The translations under genes were made by a program, and so were the position numbers. Shown one piece after another: positions 1 through 9,423 of a stretch of DNA of 32,116 nucleotides (its first letter is position 1; the number at the start of each line of letters is the position of its first letter). Location: the IMG/VR virus record IMGVR_UViG_3300023180_009605, positions 1-32,116 of that record. The stretch is one strand, 5' to 3'. The notes beneath the pieces are model-generated. The model ran no database searches. It was given only the letters and a program-made list of their open reading frames with translations, and had not been told where the DNA came from. This DNA is from a virus. Its lineage: Duplodnaviria > Caudoviricetes.

Positions 1-951
1 ACCATAAAGATTTAGTGCCAATTCACTCGGATCAGGTGCTATATCATCATCTAAAGCAAAAGAATTTCCACTTCCAAATCTAATAGTTGTACTGAATGTT
101 GTTGGTGAGACATTGGCGACGTATCTTCTTGGTGCTGGTATCATTTCTAGTGTTTTAGAAACAAGATCATAATCTTCCACACTTTTATTATCAATAGCTT
201 CAAATACTGTATCTTGACTCAAAGACTCAACTTCGTAGTATCTATTATTATCAGAGTCATACACACTTAATATCGAAGAGACGTCGGTATTACCTAATAC
301 TATTTCTCTGAACGGCACGTGAACATCTGGAATATTGAAGCTTTCGACTTCTTCAACTCCTGATATCACTTCGGCATTGACAGAAACTTTCCATGATGAA
401 GGCTTTGAAGTTGTCGAATCATTCTCATTTACTTCTATTGAAGCATAAAGATTTCCGTCAGGCTTTATTTTTCCAAAGTCAATATCTTCTAGTAAGTTAA
501 AAACAATTCCTGATTCAGACAAAAACGTTGTACCTTCTAGAACATGAGGCAGTGCACTAGTTTTTGGTCTATGAGCTGTTTCTCCATTTGTATCAACAAA
601 AGTCTCGCTCGGGACTATCATTGATATTGTTACAGATGTTGAAGCCGGAGATGCACCCACTACTTTCACACCTGCATTTCTTAAGTGTGTAATGATATTT
701 TCAAACTCTACGGCGCGAGTTGGATCCAATTCTCTGAACTGATGATCTAGATAATAAGACATGGTATCACCCACCGATGCGGCCATATCTACTAGCAAGC
801 CGGCAACAGAAGGTTCTGAAAAATCTTTTATTCTGTCTGGAAAAAATATTTTTGCATGTTCTATTATTTGTTGGCGCAAAGACTCAAAATCCTTTGCCAA
901 ATAAGTCCGATTAGAACCTGCTCTTATTCTGTCTTTGATTCTTTTGGTCAT
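1..951 (-). CDS. T4 gp6-like baseplate wedge subunit (baseplate J family), 3'-truncated by the window edge; absent from the ORF track
   Basis: Manual translation from ATG at 951: MTKRIKDRIRAGSNRTYLAKDFESLRQQIIEHAKIFFPDRIKDFSEPSVAGLLVDMAASVGDTMSYYLDHQFRELD...TTIRFGSG...; the frame is open to base 1. The YLAKDF, DFSE.S.G...DM.A.VGD..SYY.D.Q..E and RFGSG motifs are typical of gp6/J wedge proteins, and it follows a gp25-like gene. Confidence 0.85.
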   Translation of the reverse strand, partial: MTKRIKDRIRAGSNRTYLAKDFESLRQQIIEHAKIFFPDRIKDFSEPSVAGLLVDMAASVGDTMSYYLDHQFRELDPTRAVEFENIITHLRNAGVKVVGASPASTSVTISMIVPSETFVDTNGETAHRPKTSALPHVLEGTTFLSESGIVFNLLEDIDFGKIKPDGNLYASIEVNENDSTTSKPSSWKVSVNAEVISGVEEVESFNIPDVHVPFREIVLGNTDVSSILSVYDSDNNRYYEVESLSQDTVFEAIDNKSVEDYDLVSKTLEMIPAPRRYVANVSPTTFSTTIRFGSGNSFALDDDIAPDPSELALNLYG

Positions 952-954
952 TCT

Positions 955-1443
955 TTATCCTGCTGCATATATCAATGCTTCAACTCTTTGATTAAAAACC
1001 CTTAGACTTGGGACTGAATACGTCACGCTTACACCTATTTGTGCCAAAGATCCATCTTCGCTAGGCTTGCTAAAAGTCTCAAATGTCTCTAAGTTGATGT
1101 AAGGCATATATTTCTCTGTTGATCTAGAAATTCTCCTCTGTGCTTCCGTGTCTATGGCCTCTGTACCTAAATCAAAAGCAAGAGAGAGAAGATTAGCTCC
1201 AAAGTCATAAAGCATTATCCTGTCTCCATGATTAGTAGCTAACATATTTCTAAAATTATCTCTTATTTGCTTAGACAAATCAGTATGCATTTCAAATAAG
1301 TCAGAGTGAGAAGTACTTAAACGAATCGGAGTCATTATCCCAATGGGTGTGTCGATTCCTCTGTTTTTATTTCTATTTTGTCTAGACTCCTCAGTTGTTC
1401 CCACAGACTTGAAATCATAAACTTTTCTTTCTTGATCAGCCAC
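955..1443 (-). CDS. gp25-like baseplate wedge / sheath initiator (GPW/gp25 family)
   Basis: Motif QIRDNFRNMLATNHGDRIMLYDFGANL...KYMPYI matches the gp25 family. The track start is 1497, but a GTG at 1443 preceded by AGAGGTG is the more likely start. Confidence 0.85.
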   Translation of the reverse strand: MADQERKVYDFKSVGTTEESRQNRNKNRGIDTPIGIMTPIRLSTSHSDLFEMHTDLSKQIRDNFRNMLATNHGDRIMLYDFGANLLSLAFDLGTEAIDTEAQRRISRSTEKYMPYINLETFETFSKPSEDGSLAQIGVSVTYSVPSLRVFNQRVEALIYAAG

Positions 1444-1459
1444 GTCAACACCTCTGCAA

Positions 1460-1467
1460 TAATTATG
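1460..1467 (-). promoter_or_regulatory. possible late-promoter -10-only element (CATAATTA) upstream of gp25/gp6
   Basis: CATAATTA lies about 16 nt before the GTG start, in the only large gap of the structural block. It loosely resembles the T4 late TATAAATA, and a gp55-like sigma is encoded nearby. Single instance only. Confidence 0.3.
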
Positions 1468-1559
1468 ACACTGCTCCAGTTTATTAGAGTTGATCACTCA
1501 CATGCAAATGAAATGTATGTAATTTTTAAAAAATGTGTAGGAGCCAGTAACCTGATCTA

Positions 1560-2108
1560 TTAGTCTTCGACGGGTGGAGATCCCCATTTTGTGTCTGGGA
1601 CTGGACTAGCAGAAGCAGCCAGGCCGACATATTTTCCTGTCTGAATCCATGAATCAAAGCGAGCTTCTGCGAGATCTGCTATTTGCTTTCCTACTGATTC
1701 CCCTTCTGGGTTTTCTTCGTTTGGCCCTTCTAGGGTCAAGCCCTTAAAGACCTCTGTTGCAGAATTATACGGACTGGATGGAGCTACGGCTGCAGTGGCA
1801 GGTAATGGAGTGTTGGACTTAGATACAACATCGGCGGCGGCTGCTGTGAGGGCGGCATCTAGTGCAGCAGGAAGCTGGGGAAGTGGGTCAGCGTCGGGTG
1901 GAAAAGCGGCTGTGAGGGTTTGAGTCAATAGTACTTCGGAGCCCTCAGATATTAGGCCGCCGGCGGTGGAAGGAGTAAGTGCATCTTTGAAAGCTGCTGC
2001 AAAAGCACCGCCCCACTTAGAAGCTACCGAAGCTCCGTCTGTTGGAAAACCTTCGAAGTCATCATAACCAGGGTCAATAAACTTTCGTAAGTCTGATGAT
2101 AGTCCCAC
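1560..2108 (-). CDS. hypothetical Ala/Pro-rich protein, probably virion/baseplate-associated
   Basis: 182-aa ORF coupled to the spike gene by a 1-nt overlap (TAGTG); lies between spike and gp25; visibly higher GC. Confidence 0.6.
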   Translation of the reverse strand: MGLSSDLRKFIDPGYDDFEGFPTDGASVASKWGGAFAAAFKDALTPSTAGGLISEGSEVLLTQTLTAAFPPDADPLPQLPAALDAALTAAAADVVSKSNTPLPATAAVAPSSPYNSATEVFKGLTLEGPNEENPEGESVGKQIADLAEARFDSWIQTGKYVGLAASASPVPDTKWGSPPVED

Positions 2109-3685
2109 TATTTTGTTTTTCCTATCTTGCTCTTCGCAGTATCCCAGTCCTCAGCTGAATTTTCTGTGGCACCCCCAACAGAATGAGTCGTAGTGTTTCC
2201 TGCGGAGCTTCCATGGATGTGATCATTAAATTTTGTCTCTAGAGCTTTTATCATCGTTATAAGTTTGTCACCTAGAAGAATAGACTCAGTGGCATCTCGA
2301 CCAAGAATGACTTGGGTTCCTTCGCCGTTTTGTCCGTCAGCATCTTCTCTTCCGTCACCGATGATAATCTTGGGGCCGTCGATCATAATAGAGCCATCAG
2401 GCTGTATCACGATAGTTGCTCTATCAGCGTCTCCTGCTCCCTCTTTGATTATCCTTATTGAACCATTAATTCCGTTGTCGGAGTCCTTACGTGCAATAAT
2501 TCTAACTTGATCTGATTTAAAGATTACAGCTGAACTTTCCGGAGTGGGAGCGACTACAGTTCCTGCTTCTGGTTGGTCTGGGTAGCTCAAACCAAATAGA
2601 GTGTCAGGATCTGTCTTCATTGACATGTAAATTCTAGAGGCATCATGCAAAAAATCAGGGTCACCCTCTGGAGCATCTGATTGTGCTGATCCTTCTGGAG
2701 CTTTTGTATTGTCTAGGCCTGGGTTTTTATCTGTTTCAAAACTGTCTCTAGTGTTCTTGATGATTCTAGGGCGTGTATCTGCTGGAGGAACATCAACATT
2801 AGCTTCAGAACCATTGTGAACTCGACCCCTCCCTACAACAATGTCGATGGCACCCATACCTTCCGAAAGACCTGTAGATGATGCTTGATCATTTTCAGGA
2901 AACACATTGCTTTTTTTAGGATCAGGCCTTGTCGCACTTCCATATCCTCTTTCAGTCCCTAATATAATGGATGCATTATTAGATCCTTGGAGAGTTAAGT
3001 CTCCTGGGCGTTTGGAAAGTCTTGGGATTGGTTCGTAAACAATTGCATTTACAAAATTAGTTTCTTTGACTGTTGTTTCATAAGAATTAATTTTAGGAAG
3101 AGTAAATAAATCCGGGTTTATTCCTTTTTTATCAAGTTGTTCTAATGTAACATTATCAAAATCTTCTAAATCAGTTTCTCTATTGTCTATATCTACTCCA
3201 TTAGGAAATCCTGGCACCAAGGAAATCACAGTATTTGGGTCGGGCAACTCATTTACACCTTGCTTTGTAGGCAATAATTTCCTGTCCCCATGTGTATAAT
3301 TGATATCTTCGACATGATCAGGTTCATGTATTCTAGAAACCCAAAAAACTTTTCCGTTTGACTCTTGAAATCCCCAGACTTGTTCTCCTGGTTTTACAGG
3401 TAACGAAAAATGAGAAGAAAAGAAAGGATACATAATGGAATTATTATTTTCTAACTTACCGCTCCCACCAGCTATTAACTTTCCGATCACAGAATTTCTT
3501 GGTGATATTAGATAAGATTCATATTCTGTGCCTTCAGTTTGAACAAAAAATTCTCTATTTTCAATAGTCTCTGCCCACTCCTTAGCCTTTTCCCTAGGAA
3601 AAGTTGTGTCACTTAGAACTTCTAGAACAACATATCTTCTAAATGCTCCAATCTTCGGTTCTCTTAGAGACTTATAAATACTCAT
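2108..3685 (-). CDS. baseplate central spike / hub protein (gp5/gpV/gp138-like)
   Basis: N-terminal OB-fold-type motif YPFFSSHFSLPVKPGEQVW, beta-rich repeats (GDLTLQGSNNASIILG, IVIQPDGSIMIDG), and C-terminal LGDKL...FNDHIHGS (HxH apex motif of P2 gpV / phi92 gp138-type spikes). Confidence 0.75.
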   Translation of the reverse strand: MSIYKSLREPKIGAFRRYVVLEVLSDTTFPREKAKEWAETIENREFFVQTEGTEYESYLISPRNSVIGKLIAGGSGKLENNNSIMYPFFSSHFSLPVKPGEQVWGFQESNGKVFWVSRIHEPDHVEDINYTHGDRKLLPTKQGVNELPDPNTVISLVPGFPNGVDIDNRETDLEDFDNVTLEQLDKKGINPDLFTLPKINSYETTVKETNFVNAIVYEPIPRLSKRPGDLTLQGSNNASIILGTERGYGSATRPDPKKSNVFPENDQASSTGLSEGMGAIDIVVGRGRVHNGSEANVDVPPADTRPRIIKNTRDSFETDKNPGLDNTKAPEGSAQSDAPEGDPDFLHDASRIYMSMKTDPDTLFGLSYPDQPEAGTVVAPTPESSAVIFKSDQVRIIARKDSDNGINGSIRIIKEGAGDADRATIVIQPDGSIMIDGPKIIIGDGREDADGQNGEGTQVILGRDATESILLGDKLITMIKALETKFNDHIHGSSAGNTTTHSVGGATENSAEDWDTAKSKIGKTK

Positions 3686-4062
3686 CAGTTGTCCATTATT
3701 TTGTCATACAGGTCGTCAGGGACAATTTTTTCTTCTTCTGACTGTGCTTTATTAACCAAGTCTGCTAGGCTCAAAATTTGATCATTAGACTTAGACATTC
3801 TTTCAAGATATTTTGACATTGTAGTTCCCATGGCAATGTGATCTGAAGCGCTATCTCCCATCGCTGTATAGGCTTCTGTAAAGAGTATTCCTGCTCTTTC
3901 TCTATCGCTTACTGCATTCTCATAAATTTCTTTCCAAAGAGATTTTCTTTTTTCATCAATCGAAGAAAGACCTGCAAGCATATCTCCAAAGTCTTTTACT
4001 TTCTGTTCTTTGTCTTTAACTTTCTCTAAAAGCCCTTTGATCTTGCCTTCGTTGCTTTTCAT
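3685..4062 (-). CDS. hypothetical alpha-helical/coiled-coil phage protein
   Basis: 125-aa ORF with AGAGGA RBS; TGATG-coupled to the spike gene; no recognisable catalytic motif. Confidence 0.6.
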   Translation of the reverse strand: MKSNEGKIKGLLEKVKDKEQKVKDFGDMLAGLSSIDEKRKSLWKEIYENAVSDRERAGILFTEAYTAMGDSASDHIAMGTTMSKYLERMSKSNDQILSLADLVNKAQSEEEKIVPDDLYDKIMDN

Positions 4063-4071
4063 GTTGTCCTC

Positions 4072-4800
4072 TTAGAATATATCGTACATGTCAGGTTTTT
4101 TAGACATGGCTCTGTAGTGACGCCTTATTACAGACATAGACTTAGAAAGATACTTTTTGTCTAGTCCACTGATCTCTCTTATGTATAAAAGAACTGCTCT
4201 TTTATTTAAAAGTTCTAGATCGTCAATTGACTTAAAAAGAGTTTCTATGGCGTGAAGACATTTAATCTCGTTTTCGTTTGTGAGCTTCACTCGCATGTCT
4301 TCTAGAAGAATCATTATTTCCTTTTTTGATTGTTCTTTAGCCATCAGCTCATCTGGAGGAGGAACGTAATCGTAGTCTTCAAAAATAACTTTTTGTGATG
4401 CAGACATTCCGTGTGGATCGTCTATGCTGACATGCCTGTTTCTCCTCTTGAGATGTTTTCTAGTGTTTATAATGAACCAATTTTTTGCAACAACATTAAA
4501 ATAAGAGAAAGCCTTAGTACCTCTGGATGGATCCCACTTATGAAGAGTCTCAAACATAAAAGAAACACAATCTACTTTTAGCTCATCAGAAGACATATAA
4601 GGAGACTTGAATCTGTATACAAATATTAGATTTTCAGCAAGTTTTTCAAATGCAGGTAAAATTTCTTTCTCATATATTACTTTCTTTTCTTCCGGGCACT
4701 CTTCATTACAGTACTTTACGATTGACTCTCCTGTCTCTTTTGTGAAATACATGTTTCTAGGAGTACCTGGTTTTCTTCTTATTTTTTTCTTACCCTTCAT
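4072..4800 (-). CDS. phage RNA polymerase sigma factor (T4 gp55-like / sigma70 region 2)
   Basis: Motifs YFTKET...AFEKLAENLI...Y.F...DCVSFM...KWDPSRGTKAFSYFNVVAKNWFI resemble sigma region 2 (FDP.RG.KFS.Y) and gp55 (FAYFT). Confidence 0.75.
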   Translation of the reverse strand: MKGKKKIRRKPGTPRNMYFTKETGESIVKYCNEECPEEKKVIYEKEILPAFEKLAENLIFVYRFKSPYMSSDELKVDCVSFMFETLHKWDPSRGTKAFSYFNVVAKNWFIINTRKHLKRRNRHVSIDDPHGMSASQKVIFEDYDYVPPPDELMAKEQSKKEIMILLEDMRVKLTNENEIKCLHAIETLFKSIDDLELLNKRAVLLYIREISGLDKKYLSKSMSVIRRHYRAMSKKPDMYDIF

Positions 4801-5098
4801 TTAGAACTTCTTCTTCCTCTTTTTGATTTTCTATCTTGTCGGTTAAATCGTATGCTACTGCCTCCAACGCGTCTCTAGTAGACTCGATATCTTTAAGAAC
4901 CTTTCTCACTTCAGGACTATCGTAAAAGAGAGGTCTACTTAAAATCTCAGAAATACTCATATGTTTTTCTTCTATCACTTCTAACGATTCTTGAAGAGAA
5001 TCTTGAACTCTAAGAACTGTTATTGCAAATCTCACACAGTAGTAAGTAGATACTACACTGTACAGAGAAAGCAACGTGATCAAAGTATAAACGAGCAT
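4790..5098 (-). CDS. hypothetical protein with N-terminal membrane anchor and coiled coil
   Basis: Hydrophobic N-terminus MLVYTLITLLSLYSVVSTYYCVRFAITVL followed by an acidic heptad region; TAATG coupling with the upstream GT. Confidence 0.6.
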   Translation of the reverse strand: MLVYTLITLLSLYSVVSTYYCVRFAITVLRVQDSLQESLEVIEEKHMSISEILSRPLFYDSPEVRKVLKDIESTRDALEAVAYDLTDKIENQKEEEEVLNEG

Positions 5099-6270
5099 TA
5101 GGACAAAAATTCTCCTAGGACTTCATCGTACCTTTCTATGATTTTATCGATGCTATAACCATCTCTTAATTTTCTACTCAAACCTTCAGCCCACTGAACG
5201 GGTAATGTACTTTTCTTATAGAAGTTTCTAATTTTATTTTTAAAGTCTTCTTCCTTGACTTCAGCCCACTTGGCTCCCGGGACAAATATATTATTGTCTA
5301 CTTTATTAGGATGTACTTCTTTTAAATCATAGTCAAAAGATATCCATTTTCCTAAATTTAAGAACTCAGTGTGAGCAGACCAATTAGTTGCTAAAACAGG
5401 AAGACCTGCTGTTGCCGCTTCCAAAAAAGGCAACCCGAATCCCTCACCTCTTGTTGCGGATATAAAGGCTTTTATTTTTCTAGATTTATACAAAGAAGTC
5501 ATGTCCTCGCGAGGCATTTCACCGTGTAAAAGATAAATTCTAGGAAAAGAATTATTTCCTAATTCCTCCTTGATCTTCTTGAGTAGTCTATCTGTAACAA
5601 TCTTATCGAGCTCTGTGTCTCTTCCTTTGTTAGTTTTGATTACTAACCCTACGTCTTTTTCGCCTCTGAACTCCTCAACAAACCATTTAATCAAGTAGAA
5701 AAGATTTTTTCTGTCTGTTTCAGGTTCGTTTCCCGTAAGAACTCCAACAGTTAAGAAATTAAAAGAAGTAGGCAAACTTTCTATTTCTTCTAGGGGATTT
5801 ATATTTTCTTCTACTAGCTCTTCATAGTATGATTCAGGAACAACTTCGATATCTGTTGTAGTTGACAAGCCATTAGACAAAAAAGTTTTTTTAGTAAATT
5901 CAGACGGAACTATTACTTTACTCATGTTCTGAACGTTTAAAGTTGTCCACGTAGGGTTACACGTCGTTGTTTCGACTCCGGCTGTCACCCCAACATTATA
6001 TAGACCTAAATTTGGATCCCATTCGTTTGGAAGTTGACACTGGATTGTTACGTCATATTTTTTATCCGGATTAAATCTACAGTCTTCCTGAATTTGTCCG
6101 ATTAGACCGCCCATGGTTTTTTGATTCAAATGCCATGGCGTATATCCCCAATTCAAAGGCTGAACGTCTATTTTCACATTTTTTGTTAGTAGGTATTTAT
6201 AAATCTGTCTTGTATGCTCACCATATCCAGACTTTGAAAAAACAGGCCCTCTTAACAGTACATTTTTCAT
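5098..6270 (-). CDS. glycosyltransferase, GT-B fold (GT4-like)
   Basis: N-terminal SGYGEH, RKN, and ATRGEGFGLPFLEAATAGLPVLATNWSAH (E-x7-E motif). Confidence 0.9.
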   Translation of the reverse strand: MKNVLLRGPVFSKSGYGEHTRQIYKYLLTKNVKIDVQPLNWGYTPWHLNQKTMGGLIGQIQEDCRFNPDKKYDVTIQCQLPNEWDPNLGLYNVGVTAGVETTTCNPTWTTLNVQNMSKVIVPSEFTKKTFLSNGLSTTTDIEVVPESYYEELVEENINPLEEIESLPTSFNFLTVGVLTGNEPETDRKNLFYLIKWFVEEFRGEKDVGLVIKTNKGRDTELDKIVTDRLLKKIKEELGNNSFPRIYLLHGEMPREDMTSLYKSRKIKAFISATRGEGFGLPFLEAATAGLPVLATNWSAHTEFLNLGKWISFDYDLKEVHPNKVDNNIFVPGAKWAEVKEEDFKNKIRNFYKKSTLPVQWAEGLSRKLRDGYSIDKIIERYDEVLGEFLS

Positions 6271-6271
6271 T

Positions 6272-7519
6272 TTATATTTCCTGTATTGTCCATCGCTTTT
6301 TGGGTTTTTCTTTAAAATCTAGAATTGCCTGCTCCATGGTTTTGTCCCAATCATCGATAGTTTTTTGAAAACCAAATTCAGAAAGTGCGTATTCTCTCGC
6401 TTTTCGTCCTAAGGCTTTTCTTTCTTCTCCTGGCATTTTATAAATCTTGTATATTGCTTCAGCTACATCATCTACACTAACATAATCTTCATAGATGTAA
6501 GGAACAGACTGTGATCCTACCAATGATTGACATGCAATTTCCAATGCAACTCCATTCTCAGATCCATCTCTATGATCGATAACTTGTCTAGTTAACCCAC
6601 CCGTCTTTGCTGCAATTATTGGGTTTCCGCAATTCATTGCCTCCAGAGTCGCTAGGCCAAATCCTTCTGCATATGAAATGTTTAAACAAGCATCTGCCAT
6701 ATTGTGAAGAACATTCATTTTATCAAAGTCAATTCTGTCGTTTGAGAATACAATTGATTTTTGAATATTGAGCATGTTCGAAGTCTCTAAAAGGTGAGGA
6801 CCTTCGACGTCTAAAGGATCAGTATGCATTAAAAGCTTAACTTTATCTTTCTCTTCATCAGAAAGTTTGTCCAAAAATATTTTCCAGGACCATAAAACGT
6901 CATTAGGTCTTTTCCTTCTAGCATTTCTGTTTACCCAAAAAAGAATAAAATCATCCTCAGATCCGGGACCTATTACGTTTCTTCTATATTCTTTTATTTG
7001 ATTCTCAGGAAGAGGGAAAAATATGTTTTCTGGGAGAGAATGTGGAATGAAGTTGGTCTTCTCCGGATATCTTTCACTAACCATCTTGTAAGTCATATGA
7101 GAATGACAGTTTATTAAATCAGTTGCTTCATAGACAGGCTTATTAAACTCAGGAAATGGGTAATTGTCCCAAACATGCCAATACACTATTGGACATACTT
7201 GTCTAACTTCATCCTCTATCTCGTAAAGCCAAGTGAAAAATCTAGGATCAGTAAAAATAAAAAGAGCGTCAGGTTTTTCTGAAACGAGTGTCTGGAGAAT
7301 CATATTTCGATCCCCAAATCCGTCTATAGGTTTTATTATGAAATCCGGATTGACTTGAACTATATCATAATTTGAGTGTTTTATTGCTGCTCCGAACTGT
7401 CTAAAAGTCCACTTACCCTTCTCTATCAATCCATTTAATAGAAATCGAGTTTGGCAACCGACTCCTGATGTACTTAGGGCATGATCTGATAAAACTAAAA
7501 CTTTGTATTTTTTATTCAT
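6272..7519 (-). CDS. glycosyltransferase, GT-B fold (GT4-like)
   Basis: LSDH...SGVG, NRNARRKR, and SYAEGFGLATLEAMNCGNPIIAAKTGGL. Confidence 0.9.
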   Translation of the reverse strand: MNKKYKVLVLSDHALSTSGVGCQTRFLLNGLIEKGKWTFRQFGAAIKHSNYDIVQVNPDFIIKPIDGFGDRNMILQTLVSEKPDALFIFTDPRFFTWLYEIEDEVRQVCPIVYWHVWDNYPFPEFNKPVYEATDLINCHSHMTYKMVSERYPEKTNFIPHSLPENIFFPLPENQIKEYRRNVIGPGSEDDFILFWVNRNARRKRPNDVLWSWKIFLDKLSDEEKDKVKLLMHTDPLDVEGPHLLETSNMLNIQKSIVFSNDRIDFDKMNVLHNMADACLNISYAEGFGLATLEAMNCGNPIIAAKTGGLTRQVIDHRDGSENGVALEIACQSLVGSQSVPYIYEDYVSVDDVAEAIYKIYKMPGEERKALGRKAREYALSEFGFQKTIDDWDKTMEQAILDFKEKPKKRWTIQEI

Positions 7520-7525
7520 GTTCGA

Positions 7526-7554
7526 ATATTACTTGATTTTTTTTCTTAGTAAAA
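7526..7554 (-). promoter_or_regulatory. sigma70-like promoter TTTTAC-N17-TAATAT, likely leaderless
   Basis: Sits in the 37-nt gap; the -10 box ends 6 nt before the ATG at 7519; same architecture recurs at 8450 and 19968. Confidence 0.55.
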
Positions 7555-7556
7555 AT

Positions 7557-8420
7557 TCATGTGCAGTGATGTGTATCTTTAAACTCACAAAACTTGCATG
7601 CCTCTCTATTTTTTAAAAGAAGACCTGATTTTATTCCTTTTATTACACTTCTTACCATTTTTTGAGATTTTTCCATCGAAGTTGGTCCTGCTGAAACATT
7701 TATCAACTGCACACTCTTTTCAATAGGTGTTTTCTTCTTTAATAGAACAAACCCACAAGATATATCCCTGCTTCTTAGTTCCATTTTTTCAGACCAAAAT
7801 GATTTGTATAACATCAGTTGGGCCTGCATAAGAAAGTCTTGTTGCTTTTCTCGAGACCATCCTCTTGGTGAAGATGTCTTCCAGTCTATGATCCACGCCT
7901 TCTTCTTTCCTTCTTTTTTAGAAAGTATAATAGCGTCTATGAATCCTTTAAACTTTTCACCGGAGACTCCTTTGATGTCCTCGTAAAGCTGGTGTTCTGC
8001 TTCTATAGACTTCCACTCTCCGAAATTTTCGTCCATGAAATCAGGAAGCCTTGTTAAACAGTTTTCAGCTGATTGTTTCCAGCTATCGACCTTATCATGT
8101 CTGTATTTCCAACCTTGCTTCTGTGCGTTTTCTGTTTGCTTCTTTATATATTGCTCAGAGTCGAAACCGTGTTCATCCCAGGCAGCTTGTATCTTGGCCT
8201 GGCAGCTGTTTATGTTCATCTCTCTGGTGTTGAGAAAGTCTTCGATTGCTTCATGTACTATTGTTCCATAATGAAGGTGCGGCGACTCTTCTTGAATTGA
8301 TAGCTTGTCTATGTGTACTAATTTGTGACGCCACGGGCACTCTTTCCACATTTTAGCTTCTGAGAACGATATGTGAGGTTTTCCGGTTGGAAGAAGGGGT
8401 AGTGAGTTTTCTTTATTCAA
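7557..8420 (-). CDS. PD-(D/E)XK nuclease, Cas4/AddB-like with Fe-S cluster
   Basis: HISFS...CPWR, GTIVHEAIE, E...KGFID...IIDWKT, QLMLY, and C-terminal CKFCEFKDTHHC (1+3 Cys arrangement). Confidence 0.85.
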   Translation of the reverse strand: MNKENSLPLLPTGKPHISFSEAKMWKECPWRHKLVHIDKLSIQEESPHLHYGTIVHEAIEDFLNTREMNINSCQAKIQAAWDEHGFDSEQYIKKQTENAQKQGWKYRHDKVDSWKQSAENCLTRLPDFMDENFGEWKSIEAEHQLYEDIKGVSGEKFKGFIDAIILSKKEGKKKAWIIDWKTSSPRGWSREKQQDFLMQAQLMLYKSFWSEKMELRSRDISCGFVLLKKKTPIEKSVQLINVSAGPTSMEKSQKMVRSVIKGIKSGLLLKNREACKFCEFKDTHHCT

Positions 8421-8449
8421 TTTTATCTCTCGTACAATTAATGCAATAA

Positions 8450-8478
8450 AATATAGGAAAACTAACTAAAAAGTTTAA
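8450..8478 (-). promoter_or_regulatory. sigma70-like promoter TTAAAC-N17-TATATT
   Basis: Located in the gap upstream of the nuclease TTG start, with an exact 17-nt spacer. Confidence 0.5.
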
Positions 8479-9416
8479 GAATCTAGTCCCCACCATTCTA
8501 GGGTTTTTTCGAGTCCATCCCAAAAAAGAACGCTTGGTTTGTACCCTAAGGTTTTTTGAGTTTCTGTGATATCCGCTTGAGTGTGCATGACATCTCCCAG
8601 TCTGAACGGAGCTTTTTGAATTTTTATGTCTGGCTTCTTTGCTTTTAAAAATTCTAGAATTTCATTGTTTGTAACTCTTTCGCCGCATGCTACATTCAAA
8701 CATTCTCCTCCGAATTTTTTCTTGGAATTCATGGAAAGGACATTTGCTTCCACAACATTATCGATGTAACACATGTCTCTTGACTGTTCACCCGTTCCGT
8801 CTTTTCTCAAAGGGAGATCGTTTTTAATCGCATGACACCAAGCAGACACTGCTGTTGAATAGGCAGATCCTCCAAATTGGCCCGGTCCAAACACATTAAA
8901 ATATCTGAGTGAAACCATATCCACATCATAAAGCTCAGTTGACATTTTTATGTAGTCTTCTATTGCGGACTTGTGCCAAGCGTAGGGTGACTTAGGATCT
9001 TTTTCGCAATCGACAGGTGTTGGCAAGACTTCTGCACCTCCGTAAACTGATGAAGATGAAGAGAATATAAGTCTTTTGACTTTGCCCAATACAGCACTAT
9101 GCACAAGCATCACAGACTTCATTACGTTATTTTCTGTTGTTTCAACTGGATTTTCAACTGAATATAAAACGCGTGGTACGGCAGCAATGTGAAAAACAAA
9201 GTCAAATTCAGATGACGCTACTCTCTCTAATATTTTAGGATCTGCATAACAGCTCTCAACATATTCTACCTCTTTGTTTCTTTCAACTATTTCTTTCCAA
9301 TCATCTCGGGAGGAAGAAAGATCGTCGACAACAACGATCTTGCAATCTTTTTTTAATCGCTCGACTAAATTTGACCCAATAAACCCAAGACCACCGGTGA
9401 TCAATACTTTTTTCAT
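8475..9416 (-). CDS. NAD-dependent nucleotide-sugar epimerase/dehydratase (extended SDR, WbpP/GalE-like)
   Basis: TGGLGFIGS, HIAA, SSSSVYG, YAWHK, LRYFNVFGP, and GTGEQSRD. Confidence 0.9.
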   Translation of the reverse strand: MKKVLITGGLGFIGSNLVERLKKDCKIVVVDDLSSSRDDWKEIVERNKEVEYVESCYADPKILERVASSEFDFVFHIAAVPRVLYSVENPVETTENNVMKSVMLVHSAVLGKVKRLIFSSSSSVYGGAEVLPTPVDCEKDPKSPYAWHKSAIEDYIKMSTELYDVDMVSLRYFNVFGPGQFGGSAYSTAVSAWCHAIKNDLPLRKDGTGEQSRDMCYIDNVVEANVLSMNSKKKFGGECLNVACGERVTNNEILEFLKAKKPDIKIQKAPFRLGDVMHTQADITETQKTLGYKPSVLFWDGLEKTLEWWGLDS

Positions 9417-9423
9417 TTTTCTC

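Noticed and set aside
1-3685. Bacterial T6SS or extracellular contractile injection system
   Set aside because: The wedge is T4 gp6-like and neighbours a gp55-like sigma and a phage-type nuclease; no Tss or Afp accessory genes are visible.
7557-8420. CRISPR-Cas system suggested by the Cas4-like nuclease
   Set aside because: No repeat-spacer array or other cas genes were seen; solo Cas4-like nucleases are common in phages.
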